In this document: positions 56,648 through 64,000 of the stretch, in pieces | How positions within the stretch are numbered: the first letter of the stretch is position 1 | Layout: each line of letters begins with the position of its first letter | Assembly (NCBI GenBank): GCA_963715025.1 | Contig: CAVQQQ010000003.1 | Span: forward strand, 406,984-470,983 | Source of the DNA: an uncultured Actinomycetota bacterium | GTDB lineage: Bacteria > Actinomycetota > Actinomycetes > Actinomycetales > Dermatophilaceae | Length of the DNA: 64,000 bases | Direction: 5' to 3' | Notes under the pieces: model-generated | What the model saw: the letters and a program-made list of their open reading frames with translations, nothing else | Told to the model about the DNA's origin: nothing | The model's database searches: none | Program-made: the position numbers and the translations under genes

Positions 56648-59067
56648 CGACACAGATGTTCGGCGCACCGATCAAACGCCGCGAGGACCCACGGCTGGTC
56701 ACGGGTGGCGGCCGCTACCTCGACGACCTGGGGCACACGGCATACGCCGCTGCCTTTGTCCGCAGCCCGCATGCCCACGCGCGCATCACGGATATCGACG
56801 TGAGCGACGCCGTCGACGTCGAGGGGCTGGTCTCCATCTACACGTACGAGGACCTGCCCGGGCGCGTCGGCGAGCCGCTTCCGCTACTCATCCCGCACCC
56901 CAGCCTCACCCACCCGCGCACCGGCTACGCCCTGGCCAGGGACGAGGTCAACCACGTCGGCGAGGCGGTCGCCATGGTCGTCGCGACGGACCGCTACGCC
57001 GCGGAGGACGCCTGCGAGCGCATCCGGGTCAGCTACGAGCAACTGCCGGTCGTCGTCGGCATCGAGGCGGCGCGTGACGGCGCCGACCTGGTCCACGAGG
57101 ACGCACCGGGCAACGTCTCGGCCCACATGGTGCAGGAGGTGGGCGATGTCGAGGCCGCCCTGGCGGCAGCGCCGCACACACTCACCCTCGACCTCGCCAT
57201 CGAGCGCAGCGCGTCGACCCCGCTGGAGGGCAAGGGCGTGTATGCCGTCTGGGACGCCGACGAGGAGCGGCTGCGGATCTGGTCGTCCACCCAGACGACC
57301 ACGGGCGTGCGGGCGGCGGTCGCCGCCAAGCTCGGCCTGCCCCTGGAGAAGGTCGACTGCGTGGCGCCCGACGTGGGTGGCGGGTTCGGGGTGAAGATCG
57401 TGCACCCCTGGCCCGAGGAGGTGCTCGTGCCGTGGGCGGCCCGGCTGCTCGGGCACGACGTCAAGTGGGCCGAGGACCGCCGCGAGCACTTCGTCTCGTC
57501 GGCGCACGAGCGCGGGCAGCTCCACCGCGTGACGGTGGGCTTCGACGACGAAGGCCGGCTGCTCGGACTCGACGTGGCGCTGTGGCACGACAACGGTGCC
57601 TACACGCCGTACGGGATCATCGTCCCGATCATCACCTCGACCCAGCTCCTCGGGCCCTACAAGCCCGGCGCATACCGCTGCGAGTTCTGGTCGCTCTACA
57701 CCAACACCGTGCTCGTGACCCCCTACCGCGGCGCAGGGCGGCCGCAGGCCTGCTTCGCCATGGAGCGGACCATGGACGCGATCGCTGACTTCCTCGGGCT
57801 CGACCGGGCCGAGGTGCGATCGCGCAACTTCATCCGGCCCGAGGAGATGCCCTACGACCAGGGGCTGATGTTCCAGGACGGGCGGCCCCTGAAGTACGAC
57901 TCGGGCGACTTCCCCGCGACGCTGGACAAGCTCAAGGCGCTCGTGGCCTGGGACGACTTCGCCGGCTACCGCGCGGGGGCCGAGGCGGAAGGGCGCCGGG
58001 TCGGGCTGGGCATCGGCTGCTACGTGGAGGGCACCGGCGTCGGGCCGTACGAGGGTGGGCACATCCAGGTGGAGACCTCTGGCCGGGTCAACGTCGCGAC
58101 GGGTCTCACCACCCAGGGACAGGGGCACCAGACGGTCCTGGCCCAGATCGTGGCTGACGAGCTCGGTGTGCCGATCGAGAGCGTGTCGGTCACGACCGGA
58201 GACACCCGCCGCATGGGGTATGCCGTGGGGACCTTCGCCTCGCGGGCCGCGGTGATGAGCGGCAATGCGGTCGCGCTGGCTGCCCGGGTCGTGCGCGCCA
58301 AGGCGCTGCGGATCGCCGCGGACGCGCTGGAGGTGAGCGCCGACGACCTGGAGATCGTCGACGGGCTCGTGCAGGTCAAGGGGGCACCGGCGACGTCGAT
58401 GCCGCTCGGTACCGTGGCGGTGCTGTCCAACCCCCTGCGCTACGCCTTCGACGAGGCGGCGAAGGCAGCGACCCAGTTCGCGGGCGCCTTCGACCCGGAC
58501 AAGCCGCCGGTCGCGGACGACGACGAGCCAGGCTTGGAGGGCCGCGACTTCTACTCCCCCACCCAGGCGACCTTCGCCAACGGCATGCACGCCGCCATCG
58601 TCGAGACCGACCCGGTGACGGCCGAGATCCGGATCCTGCGCTACTGCGTCGTCCACGACTGCGGGCCGATGATCAACCCGATGATCGTCGAGGGGCAGGT
58701 GCACGGCGGCGTTGCTCAGGGTGTCGGTGGCGCCCTCTACGAGCGCATGGTCTACGACGAGGCCGGCCAACTGCTCAACGCGTCGTTCATGGACTTCCTG
58801 ATGCCCTACGCCTCCGAGGTGCCGTTCATCGAGACCGACCACCTCGAGACGCCCTCGCCGCTGAACCCGCTCGGCATCAAGGGCGCGGGGGAGGCGGGTT
58901 GCATCCCCGTGTCTGCCGTGATCGCCTCGGCCATTGAGGACGCCGAGGGCTTCCCCATCACATCGATGCCCATCTCCCCGGTCGAGCTGTGGGAGCTGCG
59001 CCAGAGCCACGCAGCTGGTGACCTCCCCTCACTCCACCGCGCTGCACCCGAGGAGGCTGCTCAATGA
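56644..59067 (+). CDS. Molybdopterin-binding large subunit of a xanthine-dehydrogenase-family hydroxylase (CoxL-like, non-CODH motif)
   Basis: ATG overlaps the upstream stop. IKRREDPRLVTGGGRYLDDL, DVGGGFGVK, and TPYRGAGRPQACFAMER (an AYRGAGR-type motif, not the VAYRCSFR motif of true CO dehydrogenase). Confidence 0.88.
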   Translation: MTTQMFGAPIKRREDPRLVTGGGRYLDDLGHTAYAAAFVRSPHAHARITDIDVSDAVDVEGLVSIYTYEDLPGRVGEPLPLLIPHPSLTHPRTGYALARDEVNHVGEAVAMVVATDRYAAEDACERIRVSYEQLPVVVGIEAARDGADLVHEDAPGNVSAHMVQEVGDVEAALAAAPHTLTLDLAIERSASTPLEGKGVYAVWDADEERLRIWSSTQTTTGVRAAVAAKLGLPLEKVDCVAPDVGGGFGVKIVHPWPEEVLVPWAARLLGHDVKWAEDRREHFVSSAHERGQLHRVTVGFDDEGRLLGLDVALWHDNGAYTPYGIIVPIITSTQLLGPYKPGAYRCEFWSLYTNTVLVTPYRGAGRPQACFAMERTMDAIADFLGLDRAEVRSRNFIRPEEMPYDQGLMFQDGRPLKYDSGDFPATLDKLKALVAWDDFAGYRAGAEAEGRRVGLGIGCYVEGTGVGPYEGGHIQVETSGRVNVATGLTTQGQGHQTVLAQIVADELGVPIESVSVTTGDTRRMGYAVGTFASRAAVMSGNAVALAARVVRAKALRIAADALEVSADDLEIVDGLVQVKGAPATSMPLGTVAVLSNPLRYAFDEAAKAATQFAGAFDPDKPPVADDDEPGLEGRDFYSPTQATFANGMHAAIVETDPVTAEIRILRYCVVHDCGPMINPMIVEGQVHGGVAQGVGGALYERMVYDEAGQLLNASFMDFLMPYASEVPFIETDHLETPSPLNPLGIKGAGEAGCIPVSAVIASAIEDAEGFPITSMPISPVELWELRQSHAAGDLPSLHRAAPEEAAQ

Positions 59068-59762
59068 AGATCGCCGGCACCGCCCGCCTCACCGCACCGC
59101 CCGACCAGGTGTGGGAGGCCTTCCATGACCCGGCGATCCTCGCCCGCTGCCTGCCCGGCTGCGAGTCGCTCACCGAGACCGGCCACCACCAGTACGACAT
59201 GACCGTCACCGCTGGCGTCGCCGCGATCAGAGGCACTTACGACGGCACCGTCGCGCTCCACGATCCGATGAAGCCCGGCTCGTTCACGATGAAGGCCAGC
59301 GGCGCCGGCAGCCCCGGCACGGTCGACGCCGACGTCCGGGTGATCCTGGCGCCACACCCCGAGGGCGGCACTGAGCTGACCTACGACGCCGACGCGGCCG
59401 TCGGAGGCATGATCGGGGGCGTCGGCCAGCGGATGCTGACGAGCGTCACGCGCAAGATGGCCGGACAGTTCTTCACCGCGGTCGATCTGGACCTCACCGG
59501 CGCCCTGCCAGTCGCGGGGGCGGCTCCAGTGGCCGGGGTGCCCGCGGTTGCCGGCCTCCAGCCAGTCCCCGGGGTCGGCACCACGGCAGCCCCACAGCCG
59601 TCCCAACCCACCCAGGGTGGCGTAGGCACGGTGTATGCCGGCCGGCCGGCATACCCCTCGGCTGCGGGCACCCGGGTCAAGGACTTCGCCCTGGGTGTGG
59701 CGACCGGTGGTCTGGTCGCGATCGTGGGGGTTATCGTCGGAGCAGTGATCGGAGGCCGCTGA
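59064..59762 (+). CDS. CoxG/SRPBCC family protein with Pro/Ala-rich linker and C-terminal TM tail
   Basis: MKIAGTARLTAPPDQVWEAFHDPAILARCLPGCESL... The tail is ...PVAGAAPVAGVPAVAGLQPVPG...FALGVATGGLVAIVGVIVGAVIGGR. Confidence 0.8.
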   Translation: MKIAGTARLTAPPDQVWEAFHDPAILARCLPGCESLTETGHHQYDMTVTAGVAAIRGTYDGTVALHDPMKPGSFTMKASGAGSPGTVDADVRVILAPHPEGGTELTYDADAAVGGMIGGVGQRMLTSVTRKMAGQFFTAVDLDLTGALPVAGAAPVAGVPAVAGLQPVPGVGTTAAPQPSQPTQGGVGTVYAGRPAYPSAAGTRVKDFALGVATGGLVAIVGVIVGAVIGGR

Positions 59763-60658
59763 TGCGCGCATTCACCGCTGCTGCCGTGCAGATCGCGCCG
59801 GTGCCCGGGCCGCTGTCGCCCGAGGTCGTGCGCAAGAACCTGGACAAGTGCGTCGACTACACGCGCCGTTGTGCGGAGGCAACCGGGGCGGAGCTGGTGG
59901 TGCTGCCGGAGTCGGCGACAACCGGGTTCACGCCGGACTGCTCGGTCGAGGAGCTGTGGGACCTCGTGTCGGACATCCCTGGTGCGATGACCGAACCGAT
60001 GCAGGCTGTGGCGCGCGACCTCGGTGTGTATCTGTGCTTCGGCACATACGAGCGCGGGCGACAGCGGGGCGTGGTCCACAACGCTGCGGTGCTGATCGGC
60101 TCATCGGGATCGATTCTGGGGGTGTACCGGAAGACGCATCCCTTCGTGTCCGAGCACGTGGCGACCGGTGGCTGGGTGACGCCAGGGGACACCGTGGCCG
60201 TGATCGAGACCACGCTCGGCAAGATCGGGATGATCGTGTGCTTCGACGGCGACTACCCGGAGCTGTGTCGGATCCAGGCGGTCCAGGGGGCCGAGGTCAT
60301 CTGCCGGCCGTCGGCGCTGCTGCGCTCGGCCGACATCTGGGAGCTGACCTCGCGGGCACGGGCATACGACAACCACGTGTACGTCATCGGGGCCAACGCG
60401 ACGGGGGTCGACGCGGCGGGAGTGCTGTACTTCGGCAACTCGCACATCGTCACACCGACCGCCCACGTGCTGGCCAAGGCCGCCTCGCACGAAGGCTGGG
60501 TGTCGGCGCGCCTCGACCCCGCGGAGGCGCTGCGGTCGCTGACCCCCGGGTCGAACATCGGCCAGGGCTTCGACCATCTGCGCGACCGCAATCTGGCGCT
60601 GATCAAGAAGCACCGCGACGAGCTGGAGTCCCCAGCACACACGTCGTTCCCCCACTGA
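59762..60658 (+). CDS. Carbon-nitrogen hydrolase (nitrilase superfamily) amidase
   Basis: Glu-Lys-Cys triad contexts VVLPESATTG, YRKTHPF and GMIVCFDGDYPE. The ATG overlaps the coxG stop. Confidence 0.85.
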   Translation: MRAFTAAAVQIAPVPGPLSPEVVRKNLDKCVDYTRRCAEATGAELVVLPESATTGFTPDCSVEELWDLVSDIPGAMTEPMQAVARDLGVYLCFGTYERGRQRGVVHNAAVLIGSSGSILGVYRKTHPFVSEHVATGGWVTPGDTVAVIETTLGKIGMIVCFDGDYPELCRIQAVQGAEVICRPSALLRSADIWELTSRARAYDNHVYVIGANATGVDAAGVLYFGNSHIVTPTAHVLAKAASHEGWVSARLDPAEALRSLTPGSNIGQGFDHLRDRNLALIKKHRDELESPAHTSFPH

Positions 60659-60691
60659 CGCTGCCCTCCGGCGCACGGGCAGGATTGGCGC

Positions 60692-61669
60692 ATGACGGAC
60701 GACGCACCGGCCGCGGCGTGGGTGGACTTCAGTGGTGGGCCGGTCGAGGGTGACCTAGCGGTTGCGTGGATCCACGGCGCCCGGCCCGGAACGGACTCCA
60801 ACGACCCGCCGATCCAGGTCCATCGAGTCGATGAGCACACGCTGGTCCTCCGCCAGAGCAAGGCGCTGACCTATGAGGCGCCCTTCCTGTACCTGCTCTT
60901 CGGCAACGACGCTGCACTTCTGCTCGACACGGGTGATGTGGCCGACCCAGAGCGGATGCCGCTGCGGGCCACGGTCGACGGTCTGATCGGCGAGTGGCTC
61001 GCCGAGCATCCCCGATACGGCTACCGGCTCGTCGTCGCCCACACCCACAGCCACGGCGACCACGTCCGCGGTGACGGGCAGTTCGCCGATCGTCCCGACA
61101 CAGTGGTGGTGGGGCACGAGCCGGACGCGGTGGCGGACTTCTTCCGGTTCACCGCGTGGCCGCGGGAAACCGTCCGGTTCGACCTCGGCGGCCGGGTCCT
61201 CGAGGTCACCGGGATCCCCGGCCACGAGGCGGCCTCCATCGCCGTCTTCGACCCGTGGAGCGGCTTCCTTCTCACCGGCGACACCGTGTACCGCGGCCGT
61301 CTGTACGTCGACGACCCTGCGGCATTTCGAGCCAGCCTGGACGCCCTCGCCGCCATCGCCGACCTGCGGCCGGTCACGGCCGTCCTCGGCTGCCACATCG
61401 AGATGACCCGGACCCCTCGCCGCGACTACCCGCGGGGGACGAGGTACCAGCCGGACGAGCCACCCCTCCAGATGAGTGTGGCCGACCTTGGCGCCGTCCG
61501 CGATGCCGCGCACGCGGTGGGCGACCGGTCGGGCGCGCACCGGTTCGACGACTTCTCCATTTTCAGTGGCCGATGTGCCGTGCCGATGGCCTGGCAGTCG
61601 GTCCGGCTCTGGGCCCAGGCGCTGCTGTGGCGCACGCGGCTCGGCCGCCTGGCAGGCTCCGCGCGCTGA
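60692..61669 (+). CDS. MBL-fold metallo-hydrolase
   Basis: VVAHTHSHGDHVRGD (HxHxDH motif), GIPGHEAASIAV, LLTGDTVY. Confidence 0.75.
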   Translation: MTDDAPAAAWVDFSGGPVEGDLAVAWIHGARPGTDSNDPPIQVHRVDEHTLVLRQSKALTYEAPFLYLLFGNDAALLLDTGDVADPERMPLRATVDGLIGEWLAEHPRYGYRLVVAHTHSHGDHVRGDGQFADRPDTVVVGHEPDAVADFFRFTAWPRETVRFDLGGRVLEVTGIPGHEAASIAVFDPWSGFLLTGDTVYRGRLYVDDPAAFRASLDALAAIADLRPVTAVLGCHIEMTRTPRRDYPRGTRYQPDEPPLQMSVADLGAVRDAAHAVGDRSGAHRFDDFSIFSGRCAVPMAWQSVRLWAQALLWRTRLGRLAGSAR

Positions 61670-61719
61670 CCGTCGGTGTCCCAGTAGCCGCCGGTGACGG
61701 TCGGGGCAAGACTGGCGTC

Positions 61720-62160
61720 ATGGACTGGACGCTCGAAGTTGTCGTGCTGCCCGTGAGCGACCTCGGCCGCTCGATCGCCTTCTACCAAGACCGGGTCGGG
61801 TTCCACCTCGACCACCACACCACCAACGAGTTCATGGACGTCGCGCAGCTCACACCTGCAGGGTCAGGGTGCTCCATCGTCATGGGCACCCTTCCGGCGC
61901 AGAACGAGATGGCGCCGGGCTCGATGCGCGGGCTGCAGCTGGTCGTCGCCGATGCGGAGGCCGCTCGCAAGGAACTCCTGGACCGGGGTGTGGAGTGCAG
62001 CGAGATCACCGTGTTCGACGAGCGAGATGGCGGGACATTCTTCGGGTTCAGCGACCCCGATGGCAACACCTGGGCGGTCCAGCAGATCCGGGCACGGGCG
62101 GACAGACCGCTGATCCCCCTCGACTACGGCCGCCGCTTCGGCGAGGACGCGAGCGCCTGA
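61720..62160 (+). CDS. VOC/glyoxalase family protein
   Basis: From ATG at 61720: LEVVVLPVSDLGRSIAFYQDRVGFHLD...FFGFSDPDGNTWAVQQ. Confidence 0.8.
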   Translation: MDWTLEVVVLPVSDLGRSIAFYQDRVGFHLDHHTTNEFMDVAQLTPAGSGCSIVMGTLPAQNEMAPGSMRGLQLVVADAEAARKELLDRGVECSEITVFDERDGGTFFGFSDPDGNTWAVQQIRARADRPLIPLDYGRRFGEDASA

Positions 62161-62277
62161 CCACGACGCTGACCGACGATGCGGGTCTCGGGCCAGGCAC
62201 TCGTCGACGCGACGCTTTTTGGCGCTCGGGCTCGACTGGATTGCCGACGCCCGCCGATAGGTCCGCGACCGTCGCAG

Positions 62278-62928
62278 TCAGTGCCCGGACGAGAGGCCGA
62301 GTCTGAGGCCGAAGCCGATCACAGCAGTACCGGCGACACCGTCAACGGCCCGCTGCGTCGATGGGCGGGCAAGCCAGGCCCGGACCGTGCCCGCCGCCGT
62401 GATGAGCACGGCGAACCACGCAAGTCCCTCGACCACATGGACGCCGGCCAAGAGGACACCCACCCCGAGGTGCGAGGTGTGTGCGGGGATGAACTGCGGC
62501 AGCATCGCGACGTAGAAGGCGCCCACCTTCGGGTTGAGCAGGTTGGTGAGCAGCCCGCGGCGGAATCCGGCCAGCGCGGTCGATGTGGGCGTCGGAGAGA
62601 CCTCTGCCGCCGGCTCGCCCTCCTTCGGTATGTGCCGCCGGAAGGCCTGTCGGAGCATGGCCGCGCCCAGCCACAGCATGTAGGCGGCACCGGTGAAACG
62701 CAGCGCCGTGTAGGCCGTCTCGGACGCGGTGAGAAGTGCCGACACGCCTACCGCGGCCGCCGCGCCCCACACCAGGCATCCGGCGCAGACGCCGAGTGCT
62801 GTGGCGTAGGCATGCGAGCGGCCCTGACCCACGGCGGCGCGCAGCACCAGCGCAGTGTCGAGACCGGGCGTCAGGGTCACCAGGCCGGCGACGAGCGCAA
62901 ACGACAGGACGGCGGCACCAAGAGTCAC
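62278..62928 (-). CDS. LysE family amino-acid exporter
   Basis: From GTG at 62928: LVTLTPGLDTALVLRAAVGQGR..., GLLTNLLNPKVGAFYVAMLPQFI. Confidence 0.8.
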   Translation of the reverse strand: MTLGAAVLSFALVAGLVTLTPGLDTALVLRAAVGQGRSHAYATALGVCAGCLVWGAAAAVGVSALLTASETAYTALRFTGAAYMLWLGAAMLRQAFRRHIPKEGEPAAEVSPTPTSTALAGFRRGLLTNLLNPKVGAFYVAMLPQFIPAHTSHLGVGVLLAGVHVVEGLAWFAVLITAAGTVRAWLARPSTQRAVDGVAGTAVIGFGLRLGLSSGH

Positions 62929-63094
62929 GCCCCGATTGTCCAGCCCGGCGGACTGAGGCGACGTCCCGTCGTACACGCGCCATGCGGCATACGCCTTGGC
63001 CCCGATGAACGGGGCGAGGATTGGCGCGGTCCTGGCCTCCGGTTGGCAGGTTGTGCCAACGAAACGGGCATCAGCCGCCGGTTGAATCGCACGC

Positions 63095-64000
63095 ATGGCG
63101 CAGCCCGGGACCCCCAGACGGATCAGAATCGGCATCGACACCGGCGGCACGTTCACCGACGTCGTTGCCTTCGACGAGGACACCGGGGAGCTGACCACGA
63201 CCAAGACCCCCAGCACCCCCGCCAACCCGGCCGACGGTTTCATCACTGGCGTCCACAAGGTGCTCGGCCTGGTCGGGGCCGGCGGCGCTGACATCACCGC
63301 TTTCTGCCACGGCACCACTGTCGCAACCAACCAGCTGCTCGAGGGCAAGGTCGACCGGCTCGGCTTCATCACGACCGAGGGCTACGAGTTCATCCTCGAG
63401 ATCGCCCGCCAAGCGGTGCCCGCGGGTTACGGCAACTCCTACTTCTGGGTGAAGCCGCCACGCATCGTCCCCGCCGACCTGGTCAAAACCGTCGCCGGCC
63501 GGATGGACTTCCAGGGCAACGAGATCCGGCCCTTCGACGAAGCGGGCGCCGTCGCCGCGGCGCGGTGGTTCCGCGACCGGGGCGTCGCCACCCTCGGCGT
63601 GTGCTTCTTGCACTCCTATGCCAACGACGAGCACGAGCTGCGGATGCGCGAGATCCTCCGCCGGGAGCACCCGGACGCGGTTGTCTCCATCTCCAGCGAG
63701 GTCCTGCGCGAGTATCGCGAGTACGAGCGCTCCATGACCACCCTGGTCGACGCCGCGGTCAAGCCCAGGGTCTCGCGCTACGTCGCCAACATCGCGCAGC
63801 GCCTTCGCACCGACTTTGCCGAGGTCCGGGAGTCCACCGGGGTTGGGGGGCCCACGGAGGGCGGAGCCCCCCGTGCGTTCTACATCATGAAGTCGAACGG
63901 AGGCGTCCTGTCCGCCGACGAGGTGGTCCACCAACCCATCACCACGGTCCTGTCCGGCCCGGCTGCCGGCGCGCTCGGGGCCGCCCTCGTCGCGCACCGT
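63095..64000 (+). CDS. Hydantoinase/oxoprolinase family protein (HyuA-like), 3' end outside the window
   Basis: Hand translation from ATG at 63095: MAQPGTPRRIRIGIDTGGTFTDVVAFDEDTGELTTTKTPSTPANPADGF...GFITTEGYEFILEIARQ...LGVCFLHSYANDEHELRMREIL. It is open to the window end, so it is absent from the ORF track. Confidence 0.8.
   Translation, partial: MAQPGTPRRIRIGIDTGGTFTDVVAFDEDTGELTTTKTPSTPANPADGFITGVHKVLGLVGAGGADITAFCHGTTVATNQLLEGKVDRLGFITTEGYEFILEIARQAVPAGYGNSYFWVKPPRIVPADLVKTVAGRMDFQGNEIRPFDEAGAVAAARWFRDRGVATLGVCFLHSYANDEHELRMREILRREHPDAVVSISSEVLREYREYERSMTTLVDAAVKPRVSRYVANIAQRLRTDFAEVRESTGVGGPTEGGAPRAFYIMKSNGGVLSADEVVHQPITTVLSGPAAGALGAALVAHR

Noticed and set aside
55203-59762. Annotating CoxMSLG as aerobic carbon monoxide dehydrogenase.
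   Set aside because: The large subunit lacks the VAYRCSFR active-site loop and has YRGAGR instead. There are no coxDEF accessory genes. The context is nucleobase/amide catabolism.
63071-63997. The 308-aa minus-strand ORF at the window end.
   Set aside because: The plus strand reads as an unmistakable hydantoinase/oxoprolinase N-terminus (IGIDTGGTFTDVV...) that is open to the window edge. The minus ORF has junk composition.

Overview
This is a high-GC, actinobacterial-type chromosomal segment. Hand counts of single 60-nt lines range from about 60% to 80% GC. Coding is dense, and I recognised no rRNA, tRNA, CRISPR array or mobile element.

Layout:
(1) 1-7.5 kb: a galactoside/Leloir locus. A frame-broken ABC permease and binding protein sit divergent from an intact GH42 beta-galactosidase-deoR-galT-galK operon.
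(2) 7.6-9.8 kb: an S10 peptidase and soxR.
(3) 9.7-37 kb: a roughly 27-kb Wzx/Wzy-type, rhamnose-linked polysaccharide locus. It holds rmlCA/rmlBD, a WbaP-type priming transferase, about ten glycosyltransferase domains, a methyltransferase, a flippase, two polymerase-like membrane proteins, a PAP2 protein, an LMW-PTP and a BY-kinase. Between the phosphatase and the kinase lie a Tat-signal orphan protein and a three-gene operon: an HprK-like kinase fused to a PqqD/RRE domain, an NTP_transf_5-like nucleotidyltransferase, and a stand-alone PqqD. These are RiPP-type recognition and tailoring parts with no RiPP core enzymes nearby. This operon is my top candidate for an undescribed system.
(4) 37-46 kb: housekeeping genes (BNR-repeat protein, aqpZ, monomeric icd, PPOX, PAP2, Nudix, mdh, DUF3017, folD).
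(5) 46-64 kb: a nitrogen-heterocycle catabolic island (FdrA/DUF1116/DUF2877, PucR, CYTH-CHAD, NCS2 permease, CoxMSL-type molybdenum hydroxylase plus CoxG, nitrilase-superfamily enzyme, MBL, VOC, LysE, hydantoinase).

Seven net +1 frame breaks hit four genes: the permease (three), the binding protein (one), rmlB (two) and one GT4 (one).

All calls rest on by-eye motif recognition in the supplied ORF track plus hand translation. No database search or computation was run.
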